Below, piece by piece: positions 27,884 to 42,524 of a stretch of 64,000 bases of DNA. Every line of letters begins with the position of its first letter. The stretch's first letter is position 1. The notes under the pieces were generated by a model. That model had not been told where the DNA came from. It saw only the letters and a list, made by a program, of their open reading frames with translations, and searched no databases. This stretch comes from Octopus sinensis (Eukaryota). The stretch covers positions 8,060,001 to 8,124,000 of the forward strand of contig NC_043017.1 of NCBI RefSeq assembly GCF_006345805.1. The letters are read 5' to 3'. The translations under genes and the position numbers were made by a program.

Positions 27884-30800
27884 TTTCCTTTGCTCTAATT
27901 AAGGTATGCAAATTTGTGTAGATGGTGAAGTTCTAGACTATATGCTTCATGGTATGTTTGACATCTTTTATTTCTTACTTTTACTTTTGAAAGCAATAAG
28001 ATACTATATCCAATGAGTGAGTTACGATATCAGTAATATTCTGAAATATAATAAATCCTCATAGTTACTGTTTTATCAACCATTTCTATTCTAACAGGTT
28101 GTACATGTCAACTATGCAGTTATCATCCACACAACACAATCCTTTAGCATCTCATCTGTGCGGCTTAGAATTCTCAGATCTAACCTAATTTCATTTCTTG
28201 TCTTTGTTGGTCTTCACAAACACATACTTAGGTGCGTGTGCACATGCACATACACACACACACACATTCCTGAACACTTATGCACCTTGTTTGTTGTTTC
28301 TTCACAGCTCAATGAACTCTCTAGACTAAAACCATTACCTGATTTGGCTCAATTAAGTATTGCAGACAACCCTTTGGCTGAATTACCTCACTCTCGTCTA
28401 TATGTCATCTTCCACATTCGTACTTTGGATATCCTTGATGGCCAACCAATCAATGCCCAGGATAGACAAAAAGCTAAGGAGAGATTCTCCATGGGTGAGC
28501 AGTTGCTTTATTTTTATTTGATAATTATTTAAAGATTTCATTCTTCCTCCTCCTTCCCCACCATCTCCTTCTACTCCTGACTGAATGAAAATTGGTAAGC
28601 TATGATTATGTTACCCTATTCATTTAAAGAGCTTACTTGCTACTATGTCTTTTTTATTTTCTACACTCTGTGAAGTGGTTGGCATTATGAAGGGCATCCA
28701 GCTGTAGAAACCTTGCCCCCAAAAAGCAATTGGATTCTGGTGCAGCTCTTCAGCTTGTCAGCTCCTGTCAGACTGTCCAACCCATGCCAGCATGGAAAAC
28801 AGATGTTAAATGATGATGATGATAGTCAGAGAAAGATGAATAACTGCCATGATCTCTGCAGGCCATACCCTCAGGATAGGGAGGCTAATGTGGCCGATGA
28901 CCAGCTTGAACAACTTCAGATCAATGTCTGCAAGAAAAATATGAGTGGAGAGGGAACTAAGTATCTGGTCTGAATGCTTGAATTGGAGTAAACTCCACTA
29001 AAGGCACTCAAGGATAAAGTCATGGTGCCAAAGATCATTATCTTCATTCTTAAAAGAAATATATTAAAGTAAAAAGTTGTTTTTTTTATTTCTAGAGGAA
29101 ATTATTAAACTAGAGAAAACCATTGAACAACAAGATGGAAAATACCAAAAACTGGAAGAGGAACACAGCAAGTCTATTGGAGAACTGAAACGTTTGGAAG
29201 TTAATTTTCAGAATGAAAGAAAGAAAACAGAAGAAACATTGGAAGTAAACAAAAATGTAGAAGAAGAATTAAAAATTAAGAATGAATTGGTAAGTTCATA
29301 TAAGAACATAAATCTTTATAAATCTATCTTGTTTATTTTGATACTTTTAGGACCAACAAAGAGATACTTAATTTCAAATATAATATATGTTTTTTTTTAA
29401 CATATATCCACATATGTACAATGATTAAATATAATTAAAAGAGTGAACCATCCGAAAGTGGCCGTAGCCAGTACCGCATCGACTGGCCTCCGTGCTCTGG
29501 GCACATGACAAACACCATCCGATCGTGGCCGTTCGCCAGCCTCATCTAGCACCTGTGTCGGTGGCACATAAAAACACCATCCAAAGACCCGGCAAGACTA
29601 GTCAGGCCATAACCCATGGCCCCTACCTGGGACGTAGTCAGTCCACCTGTGCATACCTTCCTTCTTGTGACACTTGTGAAGACCTGTTGAGGCAAGTGAA
29701 AATCAAATCAAAACAAATCAAAATAGATGAACATCAATGGAATCTGTATCTTTGTGGTACCAGTGCCGGTGGCACACACTTTGTGGTACCAGTGCCGGTG
29801 GCACACAAGAGAACCATCCGAACGTGGCCGTAGCCAGTTCCGCATCGACCGGCCTCCGTGCTGTGGGCACGTAACAAACACCATCCGATCATGGCCGTTC
29901 GCCAGCCTCATCTGGCACCTGTGTCGGTGGCACATAAAAACACTTCCGAAGACCCGGCAAGACTAGTCAGTCCACCTGTGCATACCTTCCTTCTTGTGAC
30001 ACTTGTGAAGACCGGTTGAGGCAAGTGAAAATCAAATCAAATCAAAATAGACAAAATAGATGAACATCAATGGAATTTGTATCTTGTGGTACCAGTGCCT
30101 GTGGCACACAAGAAATCCATCAGTGCCGTAGTCAGTGCGGTGGGCACATGACAAACACCATCCGATCGTGGCCGTTCGCCAGCCTCATCTAGCACCTGTG
30201 TCGGTGGCACATAAAAACACCATCCGAAGACCCGGCAAGACTAGTCAGGCCATAACCCATGGCCCCTACCTGGGACGTAGTCAGTCCACCTGTGCATACC
30301 TTCCTTCTTGTGACACTTGTGAAGACCTGTTGAGGCAAGTGAAAATCAAAACAAATCAAAATAGATGAACATCAATGGAATTTGTATCTTTGTGGTACCA
30401 GTGCCGGTGGCACGTGGCACATAAGAAAACCATCCGAACGTGGCCGTAGCCAGTACCGCATCGACTGGCCTCCGTGCTGTGGGCACGTAACAAGCACCAT
30501 CCGATCGTGGCCGTTTGCCAGCCTCATCTGGCACCTGTGTCGGTGGCACATAAAAACACCATCCGAGCGTGGCCGTCTGTCAGCCTCGTCTGGCACCTGT
30601 GTCGGTGGCACATAAAAACACCATCCGAGCGTGGCCGTCTGCCAGCCTCGTCTGGCACCTGTGTCGGTGGCACATAAAAACACCATCCGAGCGTGGCCGT
30701 CTGCCAGCCTCGTCTGGCACCTGTGTCGGTGGCACATAAAAACACCATCCGAGCGTGGCCGTTTGCCAGCCTCGTCTGGCACCTGTGTCGGTGGCACATA

Positions 30801-33800
30801 AAATCACCCACTACACTCTCGGAGTGGTTGGCGTTAGGAAGGGCATCCAGCTGTAGAAACACTGCCAGATCTGACTGGACTGGTGCAGCTTTCGGGCTCC
30901 CCAGACCCCAGTTGAACCGTCCAACCCATGCTAGCATGGAAAGCGGACGTTAAATGATGATGATGATGATGATGATGAAGTAAGAGTTATTTACAGCTCC
31001 ATCAAAACTTTTGTATATGAGTGTGTTAATACAATACATTCATGACAGAGCAGATCACATGCAAGAACTTGTATCCCATAAGCAACAAACTCTGGGACTC
31101 TCCTCAACATAATCTACTCTTTTATGTAGCTAATAGAGGATTTGTCTGTGTTTAAATAAGAATAAACAAATAAAAAAATGTTACAAATTATTTTAAAATT
31201 CAACAAGAAGTTATAATATGCAATCTTCTCTCCCATACTACAACAATTTCAGCTCTTCTGTTGTAGAATTCTAAGGAAGTAACATATCAACTTCCTTATT
31301 ACCCTACAGTTATCTATTAACCTGAGATTTCTCCTCTACCCTTTTAACATGAGAAAGTTTCTTTGTGGTCACTCAGTCTGCTTGAAATAACCAGATATCA
31401 CTCATACCATACCCTACTGTCTTTAAAAATAAAGAACATATTGAACAATGTAACCATAAGTTTACAAAAAAAAAAAAAACAGGATGCTCATGGTTGGAAT
31501 GCCTTTGACCATAGCTCTGCTTCATCAACAACTGTGCAAGATAAGCTTATCCTGGTTGTACCCAACAACTCCAATATTGGGGAGGGACTAGGGACACAAT
31601 ATAAAGAAAAGAGATAAAAAAGAAACAACACTGTAATAATGAGAGATAGCATTAATTAGGTTAGACAGTCAACTTAATGATGATACTGATTAATCTTGAC
31701 TTCAGCTTAAGAAAAAGACCAAGGAGTTGCATCGAGCTTGTGAGAAGCACTACCAGTTAGAACAAGAATTAGCTTTCTACAAAATCGATGCCAAGTTTGC
31801 CAGTCTTGGAGAAGAACCACAGCCAGACCAAACTCTCGTGAGTGCTTTTCAAGTGTTTGTTGATCAGTTTCTTTATTTTCTTAAATTTTGTTTTTATCAG
31901 AATGTTAATTTACTTGTGGTTACCTTTTGATAAAGGCTGTTAATGCAAGGGAGACAACCATTCCCAGCGAGAGAGAAAGATAGCAAATAAATTAAGGTGA
32001 TAGTCAACAGATGACAATACGATAGTCATAGTGTAGCCAAGAGGCACAACTAGCCAAAATATTAAAAGCCAAAGTGTCAATATTTCGTAGCCTGTCACTA
32101 ATATTGTCTTACAAAGCCATTTAACAGTCCAGTCAATATAGTTTCACACCCACACACACCTGCTCAGTTGCAGTTTTATGAGGGATACAGCTGCCAAAGA
32201 ATATGAAGCCACTTCCTTTCATCAAGTTCTTTTGATCTTACTCTTTAAACTGAGGCTGAGAAAACAGTAGATTTGAACCCAATTTATGACAAGACATTCT
32301 AATAACTAATTGACTGTATCATTTCTTTCCACAAATTGATACCAAAAATAGATATGGTTCACTAGGAAAAGGGAATTATAATACTTTTTAACTTATGACG
32401 GTTTTCTTAACATTTAAACTGAAGTCAAATTCCTCCATGGCTGAAGAAAAAAATTAATAGTATTAGGGACTTGGATTGGCAGAAATTGTCATCTAGTATT
32501 TAGTTACAGTACTTTACATTCTGAGTATAAATCCTGCTGAGGCCAACTTTATCTTTCATTCTTCTAAGATCAATAACACAATGTACTAGTCAAGCATTGG
32601 GGAGATGATTTAATCAACTATATTGTCACTCACGGCGAGTGACAATTAAAGGCGGTGAGCTGGCAGACACGTTAGCGCGCCGGTCGAAATGCTTGGCGGT
32701 ATTTCGTCTGTCGTTACATTCTGAGTTCAAATTCCGCTGAGATCGACTTTGCCTTTCATCCTTTCGGGGTTGATAAATAAAGTACCAGTTTTGCACTGGG
32801 GTCGATGTAATCGACTAAATCCCTTTGTCTGTCCTTGTTTGTCCCCTCTATGTTTAGCCCCTTGTGGGTGATAAAGAAGTATATATCGTCACTCGAAATT
32901 TGCAGCTTTGTGCAAATGTTGGAAATCAATATTGTAATATTGTAGTATTTTTATCAGATATGCCAAAATTGGTGCCCTAGTAATCCCTAATGGAGTTTGG
33001 AAATTATAAAAAAAAAAAATCCTGCAATCAACATTATGTTGTGCTCTCAAGAAAAATATATTTCATTATCGGTTTATTTTTATGGTTTGGTCAGAAGAAC
33101 AATAATGTGTGTGAATTTGAATACCCCACTCCAATGCATGCTAACAGACAGAGATGAGAAAACTGATGTAAAAATGTCAAAAACACAACTTTGTTTTCTA
33201 AATTAAAAAAAAATGTTCACCTTTCATCTTCCTAAAAGGACACTGATGACAACGAACCTTTACTAGAGAGCCCTTACATTGGGAAGGCCCTGTTTACACC
33301 TCAACAGTCTAAAAACTCTCGAAAGTCATCTGGACAGAAAGAAGAAAAACAATTATCTTCAGATGAGAAGAATATTGCCAAAAACATCTTATTGCTGCAG
33401 GAAGAGCAACAGCACCTGCAACAACAACTGCAACAACAACAGCACCAGAAAACAGAAATGGATGATCTGTTGATTGAGAAGCAGAAACTGATAAATTCTG
33501 GTAAGTTTTAAATAAGAACTCAGAACCTGTTAATTTTTGAGTTTACATCAAACTAATTGATCAAACCTTTGTACATGTTTAAGAGATAACGTAAAAAGGC
33601 TTTGTGAAATATTCCAAGATTTAGAATTGTTCATTCTAAAACTAGAATGATTTTGTGTATTTGTTTAATCATTTGTCATTTTTCATTTTTCTACAGCTAG
33701 TGATTCTCTTAAACAACTGCATGAAGAACTTTTTGATACAGAGTCCAAAGTTGAAAATGCACAGCAAGAACTGCAAAAAATGACAGACCTAGTCCGACCA

Positions 33801-36800
33801 CATTCTCCAAATAATAAAATAAAAACAACAATTCAACAGAACCTGGCAGATAAAATGACATCTGTAAGACCATATTTTTAGTTTTAAGCAATATCAAATA
33901 TTCTAATATAATTTATCATTCTTTTTAAAAAACTGTCTGGTATTTCTTCTGATGTTGTTCAGAACAGCAAAAATATTTAATACTTCATGTAATTCTTCAA
34001 TACATATTTAAATATTTTTTTTTTTAGGTTAATCTCTCCAGAAACCAAGCAGCAGTTCTAGAGAAAGAAGTAAACAAGGCTGAAATATCAATAAAGAACA
34101 ATATCGCTGATATATCTGAAATAAAATGGCAACTTCAAAATATTCCACCAAATGAACCAATATATGTAAGAAATCTTTTCTTTTTCCATAAAAACGTTCA
34201 ATGTTGGATTTTTCTTTGTGATTATTTTTCTTTTCAAGATCCATTTCTCCATTCATAATTTAGATATGTAGTATTCATGTTGTCTACAAATAATTTTTTT
34301 TCCAAAAAAGTTTCAAATATTTTTAGAACATATTTTTTCTAAAAAAAATGTATTAGTGATATCAAATATATTGATACCAATATTAGAGATTGATATAGTC
34401 TGCATCAATAAGGTTCTGGACAACACATCAAGAGTTGTAATTTCATTTTGTCACAACTCATGTACAAAATATTTAGCACTCAACTTCTGAATTCATTTAG
34501 CTGTAAGTAGGTACTACAGGGTAATACATTTCATTGCTTAACCCTAACCAATCATATCTGACCCAAATATTCTACCTGTTTTATGTTCAAGCTGGTTAGA
34601 TCTGGCCTCTCACACCTACTCTACAATGTCATTCTAAAAATAAATAATCTCAACACCAAAATCTCAAAGCTACAAGATAATGCATGATTAGTTGAAAACA
34701 ATGTGAATAGACAAACATTATATTTGATAGAATAATCTGAATGCTAAACGGTTAAAGCAGTTACTTTGTAAAATTAAATTCAGGTCTCCCTCAGCAGGAT
34801 TAGGACTCACACCACAGGGAGCCAGAAAAAATATTTTAACACATTTTATGAAATACTCTAATGACTTTGTTAATTGGCAAAACTGAATCCTGGGGTTCAG
34901 CACAATTGATAGATTGGGGAACAAAAAAAGGTCTCTGTTAGTCTAGGCCATAATAATGTGATCTGATTACTGGTCCAAGAGATATGAGAGAGATGGAACC
35001 TGTAAGCAGGCAGTTTTGGGAGGAGATTTGCATACAAAACAGTTGAAAGTGTTGTTGATGTCAAGAGTAACAACATTGCTATCACCAAATTTTTAAGGAA
35101 GAGAGCCCACTGTGGCACAGGAGATTGGGTCTTCAATAGATCTGACTTCACAGGAACTGTATTGGAAACATTAAAAAGATGGAGACAGAGAAATTCAATG
35201 TGTTCGAGAACAGCATTGTTCATGGCTGTTATCATGACTTGCGATATTGCCAGTGAGTATAAAAGGACAATAACTGGCAGGGCAAAAGGGCGACCCTTCT
35301 TGGAGACATACTGTAGCATGTTTCCAAAGATCAGGATATATCCTTGTGTACAAATGAGAGATTGAAGAGTTTGTTGAGTATAGAGACTGGAATACATTGC
35401 TTAAGGGTATGAAAGTACCATTGGAAGGAACATCAGGGCCAATGGCAGCATTGAGTTAAAGCAACATATGATGAGTCCATTAAAGTGCAAAGTGATAATA
35501 CACATATATCTATGTAACTTCTAGTTATTATGGTATAAGTTTCAGAAAGAAATCTTATGCCATTTAAGAGTTACTGCCTTTTTAAACAGAGATAACTACA
35601 ATTCTGGGATGTTACAAATATTCATCATCCTTTAATGCTTGTTTTCCATGGTGGTATGAGGCCAGAAACGATATGACTGTAACAGATATAAATACATTAA
35701 TTATGAACAAGTAGTCCAATATCTCCATTCACTCAGTTGTCTCTTATTTACAATGAAGTAGATGCTGTAACTGAATGCTTCTGAGTGCATTGCGTCAACT
35801 ACTATGGAGTGCTGAAAATTTCCTGGCTTTAAGGGTATTGTGAAAGGCCTAGTTGGAGACCCAACCTTCCAAGTTCTTTTATAGGGCTTAGAAAAACTGA
35901 AGGACTGCTGCAATAAGTGTGTGAATCTGAGAGGGGAATATGTTGAATAAAATCATAATTAACTGATCCTCCTGTAATATCTTTTACCCAAGGCCAGAAA
36001 CTTTTCAGCATATCCTCATAAGTATTATGAGTTTCATTCAGGTACACAACACAAAGAACATAATAAGATTTAATCATCCAACTATGGAGTGAGTGGTTTA
36101 GCATTTAATTTCATATCCACTGCACTTCATAAAGACCATCTCTACTTCCCTGAACAAATTAGCTGCATCTCTCCTATCATTTTTATTGTCTCATCCCTGA
36201 AACTCTGCATTAAACATTTTCTAAATCATAACTCCCTTGAATTCGCATGTCTTTTTTTTTTTTTGCAACAGATATTGCCCTACTGATTTTCATGATGATT
36301 CATCATGTCTGAGAGGGCTTGCTATGATCATGGGTACTTCACTTCCTTCTCTGACTATAGTATCTTTATAAGAAAAAGTCAGGGTATTAATAAAAGTTGC
36401 CTTTCTTTTTATAACTTTATTTTTATTAATAACTTTAGCACATCTTTAAAAAGAAAAGAAAAAGAAGCTTTGATTACCAAAGTTCAGTTTCACATCAGAG
36501 TGTGTCTGTGAAACTAAGCTGTAGATAACCAAATTAATGACAACAAGGATTTTTCTATTGTGAGTTACAAACAGCTACACAGTTCTGAAACTTGTCAATC
36601 TATTGATTATTGCTTCTATAACTCCATGTACAAACTAAAGAACCTGAATATACCCTATGTTAATATTAAATGTGTGTAGGGTAGGAAATCATCATCGTAA
36701 TCCTCACCATTCACTCCTCGTAACCCCACTTCCCATTTCTCTCTTTCATTTCTCACATTAATGACACATACTAGTGTCAATATCAACCACTAACAAATTC

Positions 36801-38753
36801 AGTGCCAATAAAGCCAATCAACTCAAAGAGCTAGTCATTGTTAATTCAGTTAACAATTCCTAAATTTTTCTAAAAGATATTTTACTTTTTGCTTTACTGT
36901 TACTGCTGCAGGTGCTGCTGCTGCTATTCCTACTTCTGAGACTTTCCTCAAAGAACAATGATGTTACCATTGATTTTACTATTGTACTTGATGCTATTAT
37001 CAATATTCTTCAATAAGTTGTGGATATATCCTTATGCTTCCTTGTATGTATGTGTGTGTGTGTGTGTGTGTGTGGTGTGCGTGTACATGATTGAACATAT
37101 GTGTATGGGTAGATAATCCATGTGCATCTAATTGTGTGAATACAAGCATAAGTAGTATACAGATGTCTTGCTGTGAATCATGTTTCTTATGACACACAAA
37201 GAGAGAGAGAGAGGAGACAAAGAAGAGAGAAAAAAAATCCAAAGCAATCAAAAGGCTAATGCATTTATAAATTATGTATAAGAAAATAGATATTAAAACT
37301 ATAGATATAAACATCATCACACTTCTTATGTCTGATGATGCATTTGGCCAAATTCAACTAAAGATAATGGTTTAGTTCTTCCATATTACTAATATAATTA
37401 GCTGTATCCACTAATTCATCTCATAATACACCTACTTTCATCAGTATTACAGACAATACATGTAAGTCTGTGCATTAGTATAACAAAAGCCTTAGAGTGC
37501 CTTTAATAAGATGAATAACAAAAAAAAGATGAAAGATATTAAACCAATTTAGCAAGAATAAACTTAAAGAGAGAACTTCTGTGTCATAGATTGATCTGTT
37601 ACAAACATCAGCCAAATATCCTCCAGTTACTAGCATCTTAATAAAAGGAAATTTTAAAATGTAATCCTAAATACACTATGTTAAAATAAAGATGCAATGA
37701 CCATAGGCCTGCTTTATCAAATTTGACATGACCTAAACAACTACAATCATCAATATTAACTATTATACCAACAAAATAAAACACTAGCTATCACAAACCA
37801 ACAATAGTATCTTTATGTAGTCACTGAATTTTCCTCAAATGCCATCCTGTCACCTTGAAAATGAGAGACACATTGGTAGTTGAAATACTATTCGAATAAA
37901 AGACAAGATTATCATAGCTGGATCATAGGTCTACGTGATTAAAGATATCCTTTTTCCCATGAATCTATTTGATCCGTGCTGGCAATTTAAGCAGCAAGTG
38001 TCCAAAACACTCTCTTTCTTACTCCCTCCTTCTCAGACAATCCACTTTGTTTCTTACCTATTCCTCTCTTTGAGAGAGTTGTCTGAAGCCATGTAAAGAG
38101 ATACTTTAAATAAAACTTATAAAAGGTGGAGAGAGTTCTTAGTTTAATAAGACAATCTAACTGATGTTTCTGACAGGATAAACACACCAAGTCTGATATG
38201 ATGCATCAATTGTTGATAAGTAGATCATCAAATCTATACTATAATGGAGAAAGCTGTTTATTAATTAGGTATGCAGCAATTATTAAAAGTACTAAAAGAA
38301 AGCAATATTAAAAGCTTGACCATCTGGAAATATTTTTATAAATTCATGTTCAAAAAAATTTCCTATAATTTCAATTTCTGAAGTTTATTGAATTTTTTTA
38401 ACTCCAAATTCTCACAAATTTAAATACTCATTGCATTCCCTGCATCCAATTCTTCATAAATTTAAATATTCATTGCATTCACTGTGGAGTATGTTTTAAT
38501 GTTTAATAACTAACACTATTAATTCATTGCAGGCAACATTTTACCTTTTTATTTGCAACAGTCTTTCATTCTCACTCGCCTCTATTTTCATTAATGATAA
38601 TTTATCAGTAGCTATATACCTTTGATGTGAGACACAATTTCAAGAATATTATCAGTTTATTATTATTATTATTATTGTTCAGGTCACTGCTTGGAATTGA
38701 TCTTGGAATCTTAGGGTTAGTAGCCTGTGCTCTTAACCACTACGCCATATGTC

Positions 38754-38786
<33 letters not shown>

Positions 38787-41700
38787 TCAAAAAATTCCCT
38801 AGGAATGAGAACCCAGGTTTGAAATTTTCCCAAGACACCTGATGAAGGCTGGAGGGTATATCAGCTGAAACGTTGTATTAACAACAAACAAGATGAAGAC
38901 AAATATCCATCAAATGTAAATAATGAGCTTTCATTTATATACAATATGCAACTGAGAAGAGAGAAATGGAAACAGTATGATAACTGACAATTGTGTCTAC
39001 AAGGAGATACTACTGTAAAGCAAAATATGCTTTTTAGAGTTTCAGTAAACAGAATTAACACATGAATTATTTGTAAAGAAACATATTTGTGTGGAATTAA
39101 ATTGTTTTGGCATATTTCAACACATGCCAAATGAATGATATTGTTATATTAGATCATTTTGAATTTGGGTATATTTGCACATGCGTGCGCGTGAACACAC
39201 ACACACACACACATACACCCCACACCCCACACTTCGAAATCTAAAAGCAATTTATACAAAACTTCTTTCAGAAACAAATGTGCCAAGAAATTGTTGAAAA
39301 AGAACAACAAATTAAAGAAGACAATGAAGTGAGTGAACATTTGCAGGAACAACTTTCGCAGATGATTGCAAAAATAGCAAACGAAACATCAGAAATTAAA
39401 ATAATGGAACAGCAGTTATACAATGGTAGGTGTTTTCACTGCATGTCTGGAAAAGTCGGTGAAAGGATTTTCGCTGTATAGGAAAATTCATGTAAGACAA
39501 ATTCGTATTATATCAATATTATTTAAGATTAAAAAAAAAAAGAATGATAAAAGGTCCTATAAAAGTATTAAATAGGCAAGTCTTTATTCAATGTCAAACA
39601 TTAAAAATAACGTGATGAGGTAATTTAAAGATGGTCTTCTAGCTTTGTTAGTACCACCACCAAAAGTACATGATCTTCATCACCCAATGGTATTTATAAG
39701 GATGCTGGTAATATGTATCTTTGCATGTAAATATGCACACACACACACACACAAAAGAAGGAGTGATTTCTCGTATACACTTTCATTTTGTAAATGCTCA
39801 TCTGTATCAATAATGATCATGAAACATAATGTATCATTTTAAACTACAGTATTTGAGAAAGAGAAACTAATTTATCTTTTTTATTTCCACTTTAAAAAAA
39901 CAACAAAAGATGACCAAAACACTGATGTAGGATCTGACATTCTTCGACAAAATCTTGGTACAATGGTGGAAGACTTGCAAGCCTACATGAAGACTGTTAA
40001 ATTAAAGAATCATAGCCAAATGAAACACATTGAGCAACTACTTAGTGAAAGAGAAGCAATGAAGAAGAAAATTGAAGAGCAGGAAGAAATGATACAGGGG
40101 GCGAATAATGCAAACCAAACAATCCACAGGCTAAATTTGGTAAATAATAATGATTTTTAATATAGGCACAAGGCCACAGTCTATTAAATCAACTCCAGTA
40201 TTTGACTGGTACTTATTACATCAACCCTGGATACATGAAAAACAAAAATCAACAATGATTTCCTATATTGGTACAATATAAGAGTTTGGTGCAAGAGTAC
40301 ATTCAATTGAATCAACGCCAGTATATAATTGGTCCTTATTTAGCTTTTTAGCTTTCCTTTAGGAATGAAAAGCAAAACCAACCTTGGTAGTGTTTGAACC
40401 CAGTTACAAAAGAGGCAGAACTAAATACTTTTGAAGTTTGTAGTCTTCTAACTTTCTACCATTTCTACTACTGTGCCACCCAACAATACACACACACACA
40501 TATATATATATGTACATATGTATGGATGTATGCATGCATGCATGCATGTATGTATGTATGTATGTATGTATGTATGTATGTATGTATGTATGTATGTATG
40601 TATGTATGTATGTATGTATGTATGTATGTAGGAATGTATGTATGTATGTATGTATGTATGTTTGAATGTATGTATGTATGAATGTTTAAATGTATGAATG
40701 TATGAAGGTTTGAATGTATGTATGTAAGACAATTTGTAGTTTCAGAGATGCTGTAGAACATATTAAAGTGTTGTAGATTAATGTGTTCTGCAGAGTTAAT
40801 TTTAAGCATAAATAGAATATTGATTTCTTAATATTGAGAAAGAATGCCTACCCACCTATCTACATACATACATACATACATACATATGTAAATATGTAAA
40901 TATACACATAAATACACACACACATATGCGCGCTCGCATGCACATAATTCCCTATTTAAAGACACTAGAGAATAGTTTGAAGGAGATTTGGCTATTTATT
41001 GCCGCCAGTTTGAGTGGCCTTCATTGGCTCAGATTCTCAATATTCTCAATATCTAAATTGAGAACATTGACATTTATGTGCAAATGTACATGTCACCTCA
41101 TAAGTATTAAAACAGTAATATAATACTAACTGTTGTCTTACTTATGGGACACACTGCATGTTTATATGTGTGATAGTGTGTGTGTTAATAGAATTTTCTA
41201 CTCACAAAATATGAATGATAATGAGTTTAATATCATGTTAATGTCTTTGGAAAAGACATAAAACACACATCTGATTTTATATTTTTCTTCTGAAGGTCAA
41301 TTGGCTATTCACAGATAGTGTTAATTACAACTGGTCAATTGCTTCATGTTTGATTATTTCCATTGTGTGCAAAATACATAATTGTATTTTCATGAATATG
41401 TAAAAATTTTTGAAAATTCTGTAATATTGAACACATTGAACACATTAAAAAGCATTAATATGGTGTTTATGTATAAGCCTCGAAAGAGAGTTATGGTAGT
41501 CTTGTATTATTGCAAAACTTAAACAACTACATTGTGACTGAAAATTTACAGCACAATAACAGGTGTATATGAAATTCAAAAATTCAAGTCTTTTCCCCTG
41601 CCATATCATCATGCCTACCATCTCTGATGGACCTGTAATACTGTATACATTGATCAATATACCCACTCAATTGTCAATTATACAGATGACTCTATATATA

Positions 41701-42082
41701 TATATATATAGTATATTTGAGACCCCCTTCGGACATGACAGACCATGGGATTGCACCTAGAAGATAACCATCCCAGGCACAAGTCCGGGCAAAGTTGTTT
41801 ATGGAAGACCAGCAGTTGCCCATGCATACTGGCCTCCCCTCTCCACGCCACCAGTGTTATCCAAGGGAAAGAGGCAATGGCTGATACAGCTTGGCACCTG
41901 TGATGTCGCAACTCATTTCTAAAGCTGAGTGAACTGGAGCAACGTGAAATAAAATGTCTTGCTCAAGAACACAACATGCAGCCTACTCTGGGATTCGAAT
42001 TCACAACCTCACGATCGTTAGCTTGATGCTCTAACCACTGAGCCATGTGCCTTCACATATAGTATATTATTTTCTATATATG

Positions 42083-42132
<50 letters not shown>

Positions 42133-42469
42133 ATATATATATCTGTAAATGTAATATGTGACAATTATTAGGTACCCATGATAAAACTCCGAGTTTTGGA
42201 TGGCGAAGTGGAAATCCACGGCGCCATCTCTTCAGTTATCTGGCCATTGGAAAAATACTATGAAAAGGTATTTTTTTTCAGAGTACTTTTCCGATGGCTG
42301 GATAACTGATAGAGATGGCAGCATGGATTTCCACCTCGGCATCCGAAACTCGGAGTTTTATCATGGCTACCTAATAATTGTCACATATTACATTTACAGA
42401 TAAATTCCTCTATTTACATAATATCAAGGTCTCTTTCATTCTTTTGCTGTCTTACCATTTTTATCAATA

Positions 42470-42524
<55 letters not shown>

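Noticed and set aside
29445-30800. CRISPR-like regularly spaced repeats
   Set aside because: Units are contiguous tandem copies with no unique spacers, there are no cas genes, and the context is eukaryotic and intronic.
33279-33473. ORF track 64-aa MGRPCL... peptide
   Set aside because: An out-of-frame reading of centriolin exon 7.
34880-35500. 166-aa minus-strand ORF 34897-35397
   Set aside because: No recognisable domain; the plus strand looks like a very decayed LINE end, too weak to call.
38683-38752. tRNA-like sequence on the minus strand (A box tggcgtagtgg)
   Set aside because: No acceptor stem, degenerate B box, and an (AAT)n tail; it is a SINE head, not a tRNA gene.
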